Shown: positions 1 through 13,177, counted from the first letter of the stretch. The stretch: DNA of 64,000 bases from Takakia lepidozioides (GCA_030704615.1 CM060733.1:26226001-26290000); one strand, 5' to 3'. The notes: generated by a model from the letters alone, not told the origin. A program made the numbers and translations.

Positions 1-25
1 ACCTATCCACCAGCTAGGGGGGCGA

Positions 26-554
26 TTGTGGCAGACTACTTTATTGTGCATCTATGTGTGGTGTGGTTTGGACAGCGATGTAGTTGTATAGCGATATGTA
101 TGCGTACGACAGCTGTCAAGTTAAATAAACACAGTGTGAAACTAACTAGAATAAAACTAGTTATTTATATTTAACACTTGGATTTAGTTCAAGTGTTAAG
201 TCAGGTGTCAAGTTTGAGCTTGACACCTGAACCATCTTATCTTCACGAGAGCGTCAGTCGCGCAGCTCATCTCTCTCGAGTTGAGCCTGCGCGACCGAGC
301 TCCTTCATGCTTTAGAATCTGAGTGTGCTTATGTATGGGTATAGGTTGTTGTGGGGTGGAGTCCCCATAGCTTGGGGTGCCCCTGGCTCGACTATTATCT
401 TAAAGAGTGATAGAGATGGATTTCATGTTTCTTGTGTTAAGAGTGTGTGTCCTTTAGCTTTCGTATCAATTGTGGCAGACTACTTTATTGTGCATCTATG
501 TGTGGTGTGGTTTGGACAGCGATGTAGTTGTGTAGCGATATGTATGCGCACGAC
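26..554. repeat. ~86-bp direct repeat (26-111 and 469-554) bracketing two adjacent hairpins
   Basis: ATTGTGGCAGACTACTTTATTGTGCATCTATG...ACGACA occurs twice. Hairpins TTAACACTTG..CAAGTGTTAA (171-199) and CAGGTGTCAAG..CTTGACACCTG (202-229) lie between the copies. Confidence 0.75.
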
Positions 555-1331
555 ATATTTGATATGATATTTAGATATGATGGATTATGACAATTACTGG
601 TTGTGGATATATGTATTTTTTGGTTTCATTTTTGGTTGTTTTTGTATTGTGACATATGTCTGAAAATATATTTTCTCATTTATATACAAAATTATTCATT
701 AAATGTGAATGATGATTTAACTTCATTTTCAATTGGGCATATCGCAGTTACAATATATCATGTGAGTCACACATGATGCTAAAAGTTATACTTTTGTTTC
801 ATTTGATTTAATAATGAATAATAGGCCAACATTATCACCAGTGAATTTTATTTACCTTTATATTTTCTATCGTGTCATAGCTACCGCCTTTTATTTGGAA
901 AGTAAACATTTTTTAACGGCTGTAACCAGGACAACGAGGAAGGGTTAAGTTACCGGTTGTTCCATTAGCCCTTTTTCTCAACAAAGCTTAAGGAGCCAAC
1001 GCTACCTGAATCCGGCGAAAGTACGTCAAATTGCACGTGTGCATTAGGTAATTACATTGTTTCTATTGTTTTTCGCACAAAATATATTTCCAATCAAAAT
1101 GACCATCGGTTCTCAGAAGTCGTCACTAGCAATGCGAAGCAACGCGTAGCCCTAGTAAACAATAACACTAACTGTCTCAATTGTGCACAATAAGGCTATG
1201 GCTAAGAGGTAAGACATCATGTGCATTCACCTATGGATCTTGGGTCAAAATCCTTGTGAGTTGTTTGTCTCTATCTGCAGGCTGGGACTCTGCCCCTGTT
1301 TGCTTTCATGTCCCTCAAAGGGGGTTTATAC

Positions 1332-1917
1332 CACTGTTGGGCGGTTATCTAAAAAAATTGATAACCTACAGTTCTGGTTATATAGTTAATTTTTTTTTAA
1401 TAACCTGCTGTTCCTGTTATTTGAAATTTTATAAATTCTAATAACCTGCCGGTTATCAATAGATCCGGTTATCTCTTGGATGATAACTGGCGGTTATATA
1501 TACCGGTTTTCAATTGCTGATAACTAGGATAAAAACCATCGATCGCATTTAATTGAATAAATATTATATATAAGGTGATAATTATTTTAAAAGGGCAGGG
1601 CGCGTGTGGGTCTGCTGTGGGCTCACGCCCTACATGGCCCTGTACCCCCTCCTCGCTTGATACCCCACACCCTAAAATAAATGTAAATAATATATGTATA
1701 CACACATAACCCACATTTTTATTTCCCTTGTCCGCTTCTCTATCAGGTTATTTTATTATCTTATAACGTGCAGTTATCAATGTAGCCCTGTTATCAAAAA
1801 CCACATAACCACATGTTATCAATATCATTTTTTTTTGAGAATTTTCCGGACATTGATAATTGGGTTGATAACCTGGTTTTCATGTAATCCTGAATACCTA
1901 ATAACCGCCCAACACTG
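1332..1917. mobile_element. hAT-type MITE (non-autonomous)
   Basis: 17-bp TIRs CACTGTTGGGCGGTTAT / ATAACCGCCCAACACTG (1 mismatch), 8-bp TSD GTTTATAC/GTTTATAA, many subterminal ATAACC/GGTTAT repeats. Confidence 0.8.
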
Positions 1918-2566
1918 GTTTATAATAATCCCCCTCAAGGCCAAGTTGCTTGGCCTGCTGTTGTTTCCTTGGAAACAAAACAAAACAATTTTTTTTTTTT
2001 GGGGGCAGAGCAATAAAGGATCTAGATTCTAGATGATTCAGATTAGTAAAAATCAAGCCATTTGTTTTGTCTAAAAGATCATGTTTGTCATGTTTCAGAG
2101 GAAAGTGCTCCTTCATTGCCGTATTGGAAGCCAAACCGAGACTTGGATGGACTTCTATTTTTCTTCTACAAATCAGTTGTAGTATTCTCATTTATTGAAC
2201 ATTTTATTGTGCTTGGCAAAAGAATTGGAGAGTGATTTTGCAGGTGCTTGATCAACTTGATAGAATGATCAGACAGGCACCCTACCCCACCCCATTAGCC
2301 GTCGCAAGAACAATCTTCATCTTGCAAGTAAGTATTGAAAGCTTTGGCTTGTGGAACAGATGCATCTGTAGGAAGCATGTGCGTGCATACAATTATTGAT
2401 GACATGGGTAGACCACCACACACTATATAGGGTCAACTTCTCATTGTGGATATATATTATACATATATGGTTGCAAGCTTTCTTTTGTCTTCGTAAATAT
2501 TTCTGATTGGACACTAATAAGACATTACATGGAAATGTCGATTTAAAAAAGGAGTTTACGTGTATT

Positions 2567-3034
2567 TCATATCATCTCTATAATTCCTTGGGTCTGAAGA
2601 ATTCTAAGTGCCCAACTAAGCCCGGCGTGACAGCCCACCAAAAAAAAAGGATCACTGTCATCATCATCAGATCTGCTACTTTCTCCGTGCTGGATTAGGG
2701 TTTTTAGATCCATGAAGTTCTGTGCACATACGAGACATTTTACATTCATGTTGCGAGAGTAGTAACTTTGCAAGCCAGGTATGAAAAATAGTCCCAAGAA
2801 GAAATCCAACGCTGAATGCTTACTCAAGTCTTGCAACGCATACATGTCTTCGATTTTGTGCTTATCTGCGAAATTCACTAGATAACCTACTTCCTCCACT
2901 ATCCATTGCTCTGTATGCGCCAAGGCCTCCACCTTAGCAGCTTTCTCTTCTGATGTGTGCAAGACCGATGGAAACTCTCGAGGTTCTTTTGGGCGTTTGT
3001 GTTGGACTTTGCGTCTTCTAGGGGGCCTAGCCAT
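2567..3034 (-). CDS. Small protein with a C2H2-type zinc finger resembling that of plant XS-domain/SGS3-associated proteins (copy 1)
   Basis: 155-aa ATG-initiated ORF containing LQSYY..KCLVC..F.DLKTLIQH...HAGL..AL. The ORF is preserved in the duplicate. Confidence 0.55.
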   Translation of the reverse strand: MARPPRRRKVQHKRPKEPREFPSVLHTSEEKAAKVEALAHTEQWIVEEVGYLVNFADKHKIEDMYALQDLSKHSALDFFLGLFFIPGLQSYYSRNMNVKCLVCAQNFMDLKTLIQHGESSRSDDDDSDPFFLVGCHAGLSWALRILQTQGIIEMI

Positions 3035-5641
3035 ATCCTCCGTTTAACTTAGAGAACTATCAGTACTTACATATCCTCCTTTCAACATCTCGCTACCCAT
3101 CGCAACTTGAAACTCTTTAAGTGTTCTTTTGGCTCTTTCGGACACGAGGACTAGCCATCTTAGACATTCCTCCATCCACAAGCCTAACCCCCATAGGAAG
3201 CAACAGCCGCAAGGTGAAGTGCCTCTTAATTAAGCCGGCTTAGGCCACCATCTCTGAGTGTGAGGCTCTTGATGGTGCAATACAATGGGGAGGCTCTAAA
3301 GCTTCTTTTTGGCTCTTTGCTGGGAGAGCTTTGTGACTTCTGCAAACTGTAATCATAACCTTTTAACTCCAGATTTTGAACCTTGAGCTTCACCGCTCCA
3401 TGTAAAAGTATACGCGCTCACTGTGTGACAATTGTGAAATTATCAACAAGCCTTTGTGGTATGAGCACAGTAAGTATTTGGCTAAAACTGAAACTGAAGC
3501 GTGACGTGAATACGAAGGACCTCTTTTGTGGGATGTTATTACATGCCCACAGAGGGGACCCCTAGTGCTGACGCAGACAAAGCCTTCGAGTAAAGCTGAA
3601 CTGTGCTAAGGTCCTTGCCAAAGGTCAGGTGGTTTTATTGGGTGATCACACCCCAGGATCCACATGTTTTAACGAATTACGAATTTGTGCCCTTTCACAT
3701 GCCTTTTCACTTCTAACACGCACCACTTCGCCAATCTTTTTATAATATGACTACAAGAAGAACCATCTTAGGAAAGGATTCATATCTTCTTGGAACCATC
3801 TTGACACATTAATGCTAAAAGATGGTTCTTTCTGTATGTAGCCACTTCTGTTGAAATTCCCCTATAGCTTCACAGTCAACTTTGTCTGCATGCTACTAAT
3901 CTATCTGTACACTCCCACTCCCACTCCCCACTCCTGGGTCGACACAACCAGCTGTTCTAGCATCACCCGGCCATTTACTTCGTTTACCTCATCAACCCGT
4001 ACAGGCCCTAAGCCCATTTGGGATCCCCCACAACATTGCCCTGCCCTGTCAAGGGCAGAAGTAGGTCTCAGACATAACCAAAATATTAGACCCTTCCAAT
4101 TGTGGTGGCAAACCACTCTAGATCACCACATCAGTTCAGAAGATAATGAAACATGAACAAAAATGCAGCCATTGAAATTTTCATGCAAAGTTTCACCTTT
4201 TGGCAGATGTCCATGTTGCAAAAAATTCCAAGGGATGCTTTGAAGTTTGCGGTACATCCCCTGTTACATCCACTCATTCTTTCCGAAGAAACCAACTGGG
4301 TTGTCTTATCGAAATGAGACGTTGTAATTGCATGCTTAGGCTCAAAATTCGACAAAGGACATTTGATTTTATTTTCTGTTGGAGTAGTTGATGCATGATT
4401 CGTTGAAGAAAGTGCCATATTTACTTGGTAGAAAGCCCAATCAACACTGAAGAGGATTGTTGCACACAGCCTGCCGGGCAGCTAAGTAGATGGTAGATAG
4501 AGAAACTTACACCATGTTGTCAGATCCACTTCAAATTTCAACTCATGAGTTATCCAACGATGTCATCCCGTTTGTCAACTTTTGCACTAGTTTCCAGTTT
4601 GGCTTGCCCCACTTTCTACTTAAGCTGCTCCAGCGTGGCCAATGTTGGTGAGAAAATACCATATAAAATCATATTTAGACAAGTTCAAGTACTTTCATTT
4701 GTAAATTTTGTAATGTATTAAGTGGTAGTAGAACATCTCTCTACAGGAAAGAAGACCCAAACTATTACCACTACGTAGGTGAAAGCAAGACCACAAGAAT
4801 TCAAGTCCTTAATACACAAGTCATGTTCAATTTCCTTCTCTCACTTGTCCAACCTTATCGCTGCTTCGCAGCCTTGCACAGTTCGCTTTTGCTGCTTACA
4901 CCTTTGAAGCTATTGTTCATGTGGAGTCATCAATTGTATGTCTACATGAGGCCAGGGCAGCTTGGGCTTCAGACCCCAGTCCTTTCTTCAGTTCCTCTTT
5001 TTTACCTTCTCTCTCCTCATCCGAATCAATTTGGCATGAAATTTTGTGCATGCTTGCATATCTTGGAATATGATATGGCCAAGGGTGCGGCAGGCCCATC
5101 AAAAATCAACCCTATAGTGCCATTTCTTGGTCAAACATGACATTATATGTTTTTCAAATTCCCCCAAAAAAAAACAACCCCACCAAAGCACTATAATCTT
5201 AAAATTCTTGTGGTGGAATTCTTTGCAATTTGGTATACGGATATATGTGGTAGGTAGCAACTGATTTATAAGGTTCACATTTTTTGATGTACTATGGTAG
5301 GTGGGTAGCTTGGTTATACCGTCCAGGGGTAGGAAATTTGAAGGGCAAAGAAACTATATCTGTAGGAGGGTTACCCCGCCCCATTAGCCGTCGCAAGAAC
5401 AATCGTCATCTTGGAAGTATTGAAACCTTTGGCTTGTGGTACAGATGCATCTGTAGGAAGCACGTGCCTGCACAAGATTATTGATGACATGGGTAGACCA
5501 CCACACAACTTCTCCTTCTAGTTACATACATATATATATGGTTGCAAGTTATCTTTTGTCTTCGTAAAAAAAATTTGATTGAACACTAATAAGACATTAC
5601 ATGGAAATGCCGATATAATAAAAGATGAGTTTATGTGTATT

Positions 5642-6103
5642 TCATCTCATCTCTATAATTCCTTGGGTCTGAAGAATTCTGAGTGCCCAATTAAGTCCGG
5701 CGTGATAGCCCACCACGCCCATCAAAACTAAAGGGTCAATATCTTGATCATCTCTGGTCCTTTCTCCGTGCTGGATTAGGGTTTTTAGATCCATGAATTT
5801 CTCCCCACATATTAGACATCTTACATTCCTGTTGTGAGAATAGTAACTTTGCAAGCCAGGCATGAAAAATAGTCCCATGAAAAATTCCAACGCTAAATGC
5901 TTACTCAGGTCTTCCAGTTCGTCGAGACTGTGCCTTTCTGCGAAATACTCTAGATAATCTAGTTCCACCATCCATTGCTCCGTAAGCGCCCAAGCCTCCA
6001 TCTCAACATCAGCCTCTTCCGATGTCTGCAAGTCAGATGGAAACTCTCGAGGTTCTTTTGGGAGGTTGCGTTGGACTTTGCGTCTTCTAGGGGGCCTACC
6101 CAT
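5642..6103 (-). CDS. Small C2H2-type zinc-finger protein (copy 2, tandem paralogue)
   Basis: 153-aa ORF containing RCLIC..F.DLKTLIQH...YHAGL..AL. Indels relative to copy 1 preserve the frame. Confidence 0.55.
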   Translation of the reverse strand: MGRPPRRRKVQRNLPKEPREFPSDLQTSEEADVEMEAWALTEQWMVELDYLEYFAERHSLDELEDLSKHLALEFFMGLFFMPGLQSYYSHNRNVRCLICGEKFMDLKTLIQHGERTRDDQDIDPLVLMGVVGYHAGLNWALRILQTQGIIEMR

Positions 6104-7199
6104 ATCCTCCTTTTAACTTAGAAAACTATCCGTATCCTCCTTTCAACATCTCACTACACATAATTGCAACACGCTCGAAAACTCTCAAGTCTTCTTTTGG
6201 CTCTTTCCGAGACGAGAACTAGCAATCTTAGAAATTCCTCCATCCACAAGCCCAAGCCCCATAGGAAGCAATAGCCGCAAGGTGAAGTGGCTCCTAATTA
6301 CACTTGCTTCGGCCAGAAGAATGATGGTGCAATACAATGGGGAGACTCTAAAGCTTCTTTTTGGCTCTTTGCTGGGAGCTTTGTGACTTCTGCAAACAGT
6401 AGTCATAACCTTTTAACTCCAGATTTTCAACCTTGAGGTTCATCGTTCCATGTATAAGTGTACGCGTTCACTTGAATGATCACACCCCAGGATACCACTC
6501 CACATGTTTGTACGAATTCGCCATGATCATATGTGCCCTTTCACATGCCTTTTCACATGTAACACACACCAGTTCACCAATCTTTTTCCAATATGACTAT
6601 AAGAAGAACCATCTTAGGAAATGATTCATATCTTATTGGAAACATTGCTAAAAGATATATCTTTCTGTATATAGCCACTTCTGATGAGCTCTTTGCAGTC
6701 AACTTTGTTTGAATGTTGCTAAGATCTATCTGCACACAAAACACTCATACTCCCCATTCTTGGGACACAACCAGTTGTTCCAGCATCATGCGGCCATTTA
6801 CTTCGATTACCTAATCAACCCCTACAGATCCTAAGCCCATTTGGGTCCCCAACAACACTGCCCTGCCCTGTCAAGGGAAAAATTAGGTCTCAGACATAAC
6901 CAACAAATTAGACCCTTCCAATTGTGGTGGCAAACCACTCCAGATTACCACATCAGTTCAGAAGATAATGAAACATGAATAAAAATGCAGCCATTGAAAT
7001 TTTCATGCTAAGTTTCACCTTTTGGCAGATGTCCATGTTGCAAAGAATTCCAAGGGATGCTTTGCGGTACGTCCCCTGTTACATCCACTCATTTTTTCCG
7101 AAGAAACCAACTGGGTTGTCTTATCGAAAGGAGACGTTGTACTTGCATGTTCAAGCTCAAAACTCGACAAAAGACATTTGATTTTGTTTTCTGTTGGAG

Positions 7200-7850
7200 T
7201 AACCTATTGTCTTTGATTGGGGTTTCCTGCTACGTAACGATTTTATTTTTGGCTCAATCTTGTTCCCTGGCTTCAACCCTCCCACCGCTACATCCCTACA
7301 AAAATTTGAACCAAGCAAAAATGAAAATTTCTAAAAGTGTTCTCATTGCAGAACTCTCTATGAAGAGTGCATGAAGTAGAAGACAGATCAAGTTTGGAGT
7401 GCAAATTGTGGTTTTGGGTCTTAATGACTTTTGTTCGCTATGAAATTTGGCACGTACGTTGCATATACCGTCATTAGACATGGCTGAAAAAACGGAATGA
7501 AAAAAAAATCATGTGCACTCGAAACGTCGTCCAACAGGTCCCAGAGTAATAACATATCAAACGAAATTCATCCAACGGTTGAACGGATGGTTGCCCATCC
7601 AAATCATTTTTGTTTGCTTTCAAACTTTGTCAGTACGTTTAGTACACCCTCTCACAGGTCCCGGACTAACATGAGATCAATCGAAATTCATTCGATGGTT
7701 GAACAGATGATTGCCCATCCGAACGATTTGGTTCGCTTTCAGACTTTGCCAGTGTGCTCAATGTACTATCTAAGAGGTCCCTGTGTAATATGAGATGAAA
7801 CAAAATTTGTCCAATGGACCAACGGATCGTTGCCTATCCAAATGATTAAT
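7200..7850. mobile_element. Unclassified insertion with three ~120-bp internal tandem units
   Basis: Absent from the sister duplicate. Repeated unit resembles TCCAACGGTTGAACGGATGGTTGCCCATCC. Confidence 0.5.
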
Positions 7851-9588
7851 GATCTGTTGAAGGAATTGTCATATTTACTTAGTACAAAGCCCAATCAACA
7901 CTGAAGAGGCTTGTTGCACACAGCCTGTTGGATATGCGAGGGCAGCTGAGTAGATGGTAGACACAGAAACTTACACCATTTTGTCAGGTCCACTTCAAAT
8001 TTCAACTCATGAGTCATCCAACGATGTCATCCCGGTTGTCAACTTTTGCAGTAGTTTCCAGTTTGGCTAGCCCCACATTCTTCTTAAGCTGCTCCAACGT
8101 GGCCAATGTCGGTGAGAGAATAACATATAAAATCATATTTAGACAAGTTCAAGTACTTCCCTTTCTACACTTTCTAATGTATTATCTCTCTGCAGTAAAC
8201 AAGACCGGAACTATTACCACTACGTAAGTCATATTCACTTTTTTTCTCTCACTTATCCAACCTTACCGCTGCTTTGCGGCCCTGCAGAGTTCGCTTCTGT
8301 TGTTATACCTTTGAAGCTGTTGTTCATGTGGAGTCATCAGCTGTATGTCTGCATCAACATTGGAGGCCAGGCCAGCTCGGGCTTCAGACCCCCGTTCTTT
8401 CTTTCTCAAGCTCAGTTCCTCCAATCTCTCACTGAAGTCTTCCACTATGAGGATCAAAATGCTTGGCAGTTACCTGCACGAGGCCTTCACCCTTAGACAA
8501 TCACTCTAGCAATAGTTTTTTATTTTTGGCTCTGGTTTTGTTTCCTCTCATGTTTTCTCCCATAAGCTCTATGAGCTTTCCGCAGACATTATAAGTACCA
8601 TTTCATTTCATTTCATTTCATTTCCCTTCTCTCTCCTCATCTAATTCAACAATGTCTGCCCTCCTATCCCTAAATGCACAGAGACCCCACTTGCTTTTCA
8701 GATCGCACAGTAATAAAAGTGCTATAACCAGTTCAGAGTGAACAAGCAAGCACATAAATTGATGCCAGGACTACAGAAGAGGTGTGACAGACTATTACGG
8801 GTAAATGGAGCCTTCTAAGAGTGACTGGAGATAATTATTTGGAAAAATGAATTGCTTGGATACATACAACATCAGGACCAAAACTTTAGTGTTGGCCAGG
8901 CAGACTCCACCTCTTCCACTAGTTACCAGTGTGGCTAGAAGTTAACTCCTAAGGACTGTGCTAGGTAGTTGCCAGATGATGAGCCACCCAGGTTTCATCA
9001 GTCTGGTTCGTAAATCATGACTACATGTGTACCTTGATGGGATTGCTTTGGCACTCCGTTTTCCCTGTTTTCATGCACATATGCCCACCATCCAATACAA
9101 TGCCTCCAACTCTTCCACACCTTCCCATGGGTAGCTTGTAGGCATTCAGAGCGCCTAGAGTCAAGAAGAGAGTCCTGCTTGCCAGGCAGTCCCCCCAGTA
9201 AGTCCTCGCAAAAACAATCAGGTGGTAGACTTGACAAGCCTAGTCTACTCACACAGCTACTGGTCAAGCACTATGCAATTGAATTGTCAACTGGCCACTT
9301 TTAATTGAAACAGACCCATTGAAGCTACAGCCAGAAGAACACACTCATGCACCTAGGGTAAAGCCTTCAAAGTAAAGCATACCTGCTGTGGCGCAATTGA
9401 CACCACCAGGCTTGGAGGGACAAAGATGGTTGAGCGAAGACATGTACAATTCTGCAACCTCGGTGTGAATTGTGTTATATGCCCATCTAAAAGTTCCTGG
9501 CTGAACTTTAAAACAGAAGCTCCGGGGCAGCACACAATACTGCAACCTTCACAACTGAAAAAACACACTTTGATTTACGCGTGTTGGT

Positions 9589-11577
9589 TCACCAATAGTC
9601 CCCACAAGAACAAACACCATCTTGGAAGTGGTGAAAGCGGTTGGAATCCCGAACAATGACAACACGGCCCACTAGCTTTGAGATGAACTTGGTAGCTGTA
9701 TGGCAGTCACCACACACCCTAAGGTCCTTGATGACCCGGATAGGTGTCCCAGGTGGTGTGCTGATGAGCCCGAACGCAATTGCCAGCTTCTCACTGTAGT
9801 GGCGAAGAGAAATCTCCTTTCGCTCCTCCTCCACATCATGCAAAACAAAGCGTGTGTCAGGCACATACCCCGCCTCCTTCATTTCCCCAGACAATCTCTT
9901 TATCTCAGCATAGATTTCCTCCATTTGTGGATGTAAGGTGTCTTCTACAGCAAATGCATGCACCTCATTGTCGACCTCAATGCAGCTCCGCCCAGATTCC
10001 TTCCTCAAACCTCTATCCTCCATCACCTTTCTCACCTTCACTTTGTCCTCCCACCAGCCAGCCGCAGCATATATGTCTGATAGCAGAACATAGGCGGCAG
10101 GGTGCTGTGGATTACACTTGAGCATGCATTTCACCGCACGTTCTGCTACCTCCACATTGCCATGAGTTCTGCAGGCACCAAGCAAAGCCCTCAACACCTC
10201 ATCCGATTTTATTGGCATCTTGTTGATGAAAGCCTCTGCTTCATCCAAGTGCCCTGCACGGCCAAGAAGGTCCACCATGCAGCCAAAATGCTCCACGGTA
10301 GGAGTGAGGCCATGCTGTTGTGTCATGGAAGAAAAATAGCGATGGCCTTCTTCCAATAGGCCAACATGGCTGCATGCAGACAACAGAGATATAAAGGTGA
10401 CACCATTCGGCTTCCAGCCTCCCTTTTGCATTTCTTCAAATAACTGCAGGGCATCCCTACCACACCCATGCTGAGCATATCCTGCGATCATGCCATTCCA
10501 TGACACCACATCTCGTTCAGCCATTTTGTCAAACACTTGCCGTGCATCCTTTACACTCCCGCACTTGGCATACATGTTGACAAGGGCATTATCTAGGTTT
10601 ACATATGTCGCAATCCCAGCTTTCACGATGTCATAATGGATCCTCTTGCCCTCATTCATGGCTCCCAGACTGGCACACGCATTGAGAACACAAATGAATG
10701 TGACCCTGTCAGGCACCACTCTGTCCTGTTGCATGTGCTCATAGAGTTTGAGAGCCTCTTTACCATGCCCATACTGCGCGTATCCTGCAATCAATGCACT
10801 CCATGAGACCACATCTCGTTTAGTCATTCTGTAGAATACTTGACAAGCATCCTTTAAGCTCCCGCATTTGGCATACATGTGAACGAGGGCATTTTCCAAG
10901 ATAGTGTCAGACACAACTCCAGTTTCGATGATGTCAGCATGAATCTGCTTGCCCTTTTCCAGCCCTCCTAGGCTGGCACAAGCATTAAGAACAGCAGTGT
11001 ATGTGACCCTGTCAGGTATAATCCCTTCAGAATGCATTTGCTCATACAGTTCTAAAGCCTCCTCGACATGCCCGTGCTTGGTGTATCCTGCCATCATCAT
11101 TGTCCATGTGAATATATTTCGCTGAGGCATTTCATCGAACACTTGTCGTGCATCCACCACACTCCCGCACTTGGCATACATGTTGACAAGGGTATTGTTG
11201 ACAAAGACGCTGGGCTTAAATACATTTCGGATAATGTTGGCATGCATCTGCTTCCCCTCTGCCAAGGCTTTCATGTCGCAGCATGCTTGCAAGAAACAGA
11301 CATACGTATTGGCATCTGCGCAAAGCCCTCGTTGTTCCAAAACGCGCAGTGCCTCAGTCAGTCTTCCCTCCTTGCAGAGTGTCCTCACATCCCCAAAAGA
11401 GCCAATTGTAATCTTCTTGTCTCCCTCTCTTGGCTCCCGTCTAAAAGTAGTGATGACCGAGGAGGAGCTGCTCTGGCTGCCACACTGATGTCCAACAAAT
11501 ATTTGTGCTTGATTCAACCGTCCTAACCTGTGAGAATCAAACATCCTGGTTAGAAATCTGAAAATCAAACTGAACAT
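9589..11577 (-). CDS. PLS-class pentatricopeptide repeat protein with E and DYW domains (organellar RNA-editing factor family); HxE motif altered to YSE
   Basis: 662-aa intact ORF with repeated LVxMYAKCG..A..VF..M..RDVVSW motifs, an E domain, and C-terminal SEKLA...CGDCH...RFHHF..G.CSCGDYW. The N-terminus is transit-peptide-like. Confidence 0.95.
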   Translation of the reverse strand: MFSLIFRFLTRMFDSHRLGRLNQAQIFVGHQCGSQSSSSSVITTFRREPREGDKKITIGSFGDVRTLCKEGRLTEALRVLEQRGLCADANTYVCFLQACCDMKALAEGKQMHANIIRNVFKPSVFVNNTLVNMYAKCGSVVDARQVFDEMPQRNIFTWTMMMAGYTKHGHVEEALELYEQMHSEGIIPDRVTYTAVLNACASLGGLEKGKQIHADIIETGVVSDTILENALVHMYAKCGSLKDACQVFYRMTKRDVVSWSALIAGYAQYGHGKEALKLYEHMQQDRVVPDRVTFICVLNACASLGAMNEGKRIHYDIVKAGIATYVNLDNALVNMYAKCGSVKDARQVFDKMAERDVVSWNGMIAGYAQHGCGRDALQLFEEMQKGGWKPNGVTFISLLSACSHVGLLEEGHRYFSSMTQQHGLTPTVEHFGCMVDLLGRAGHLDEAEAFINKMPIKSDEVLRALLGACRTHGNVEVAERAVKCMLKCNPQHPAAYVLLSDIYAAAGWWEDKVKVRKVMEDRGLRKESGRSCIEVDNEVHAFAVEDTLHPQMEEIYAEIKRLSGEMKEAGYVPDTRFVLHDVEEERKEISLRHYSEKLAIAFGLISTPPGTPIRVIKDLRVCGDCHTATKFISKLVGRVVIVRDSNRFHHFQDGVCSCGDYW

Positions 11578-13177
11578 CTCAAAGCTTCTAGATACCTTAG
11601 AGAGAATCTCCTTATGAGGGCAGCCTTTTCAACCAGCTTTGAGGCCACAGCATTACTACTTAATATTTAGCTCCTCGGCTTATACAAGCGAAATCCCAAC
11701 ACTAGGGGAGCTCCTATTTAACCGGGAAAGAGTTGTTCGAAGTAACACTTGAGGTAGCGTGTCTTGAGTTGCGCAGATGTACCCTCTTTCTCCCCAGGCG
11801 TCGAAATCGTTGAGAAGTTGTGATCGCCTCCTTTTAGCACATCTGCACAAATCTGCAATCATAATGATCCTCCAAGCCATCTTAGAAAAGTCGTTACATC
11901 ACGACGAATCTTATGCACAATAGATTTAGTACGGGACAACTGGCGATCACAGATCAAAAGCACGCCTAGCTTTCCGCAGTTGCCACAGAGTGTGAGCTCT
12001 CAGAGTGGCCCACAGCGGGCAGTTGCTCTAAATGCGACCTAACGGCAATGCATTCAAAGCAGACACTTGAACTAACTCAGTGAGCCCCTTAGACGCAAAA
12101 AAATCATTTGTTGTTGGCTCCTTCTTAGTCTGTCCTTCCTTCTTCTTTAGCTGCTCCTGCAAGCTTTGCCTTCTATTTCATTGTGTCTTTTCTTCGCAAA
12201 CGGTATCGAAGCAAAGTACAATGCACGTAAAATAACTCGAATGATGTCGAGAGGAGAATTACAAAAACAATGTGGAGAAGGAACATCACCAGAAGCCTGG
12301 CCGTGGATGAAGACAAGCATAGGGATGCCATTACGCGGCTGTGGCTCTTCGTCCGCAGGAGGCCCTTCCATCTCTCCGCCATCACAAACCTCGCTCTCGC
12401 TCTCAAACGGTTTCCTGCCTCATGGCTTTTGCAAAGGCTACTTTTTTTCCTGTCTGTCCCCTTTCCCTTGAAAATGAAAATACAATAGACCAAGTGGTTT
12501 GGTGAATCATGTGGTGGGAAGAGTCGAACCTGTGACCGGGAGGTGGGACGCCACAGGGCGGTAACGAAGCAGGAGGGTGATAAGAGAGCGAGAGAGAGAG
12601 AGAGAGAGAGGAAAGGAGCGATGGATGGAAGGGGGGGTGGGGAGCGAGGCTGGGCTTGCAACAAACAAGGCTTGAAGATCGCAGACCGGTGACCCGCGAG
12701 GAGGGTGAAGAGATCACGGAAGCACCTGTGGAGATTCTCGAGGAAGAGTGTGCGGTGGAATAGGTGGAGATGGGTCCAGACAGTTAACTGGGGTTAAAGA
12801 GTTAGAGGCATGAAAGGGGTACACCTTTAGCTTCTGTCTATCGCTATCTTGCACTGTTAGGTCTTCCTTACGATCTCTGTGGTGTGCACCTTACGATCTC
12901 TTTCGTGTGCGTGAACGTTTGTCTGCCTTTCGATCTCAGCGTTGGGTTTGAGTTCTCCGAGGTAAGGTTGCTTGCTGATTTGGGTTTTTTCGTAAGAATC
13001 CGAGGAGTCCAGAGAGACAGGGATTTTTGGAAGTGAAGTGGGCTGAGAGTATGCATCTGTCGGGTAGGCTCAAAGAACGTGGCAGTGCCATCTGAGGAAG
13101 GAGCTAAGCTGGCGTCCCCGAAGACCACAGTTAGAGTGGGGGGCTGGGGAGGGCTGCAAAGAGGAGTGCCCTCGTTT

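Larger units (their letters stand above)
2282..8400. repeat. Tandem segmental duplication, ~3.1 kb period (copy 1 ~2282-5000, copy 2 ~5371-8400)
   Basis: Both copies begin CCCCATTAGCCGTCGCAAGAACAATC and are colinear throughout. Copy 2 carries an extra ~650-bp insertion at ~7200-7850. Confidence 0.9.

Noticed and set aside
1120-1156. Possible Helitron 3' end (GCAACGC...CTAGT)
   Set aside because: The hairpin is weak and no 5' TC end or second copy could be identified.
9589-10000. U-to-C (DYW:KP-type) editing factor
   Set aside because: It lacks the KPAxA and HAE signatures and ends in canonical DYW, so it looks like a degenerate PG-type domain.
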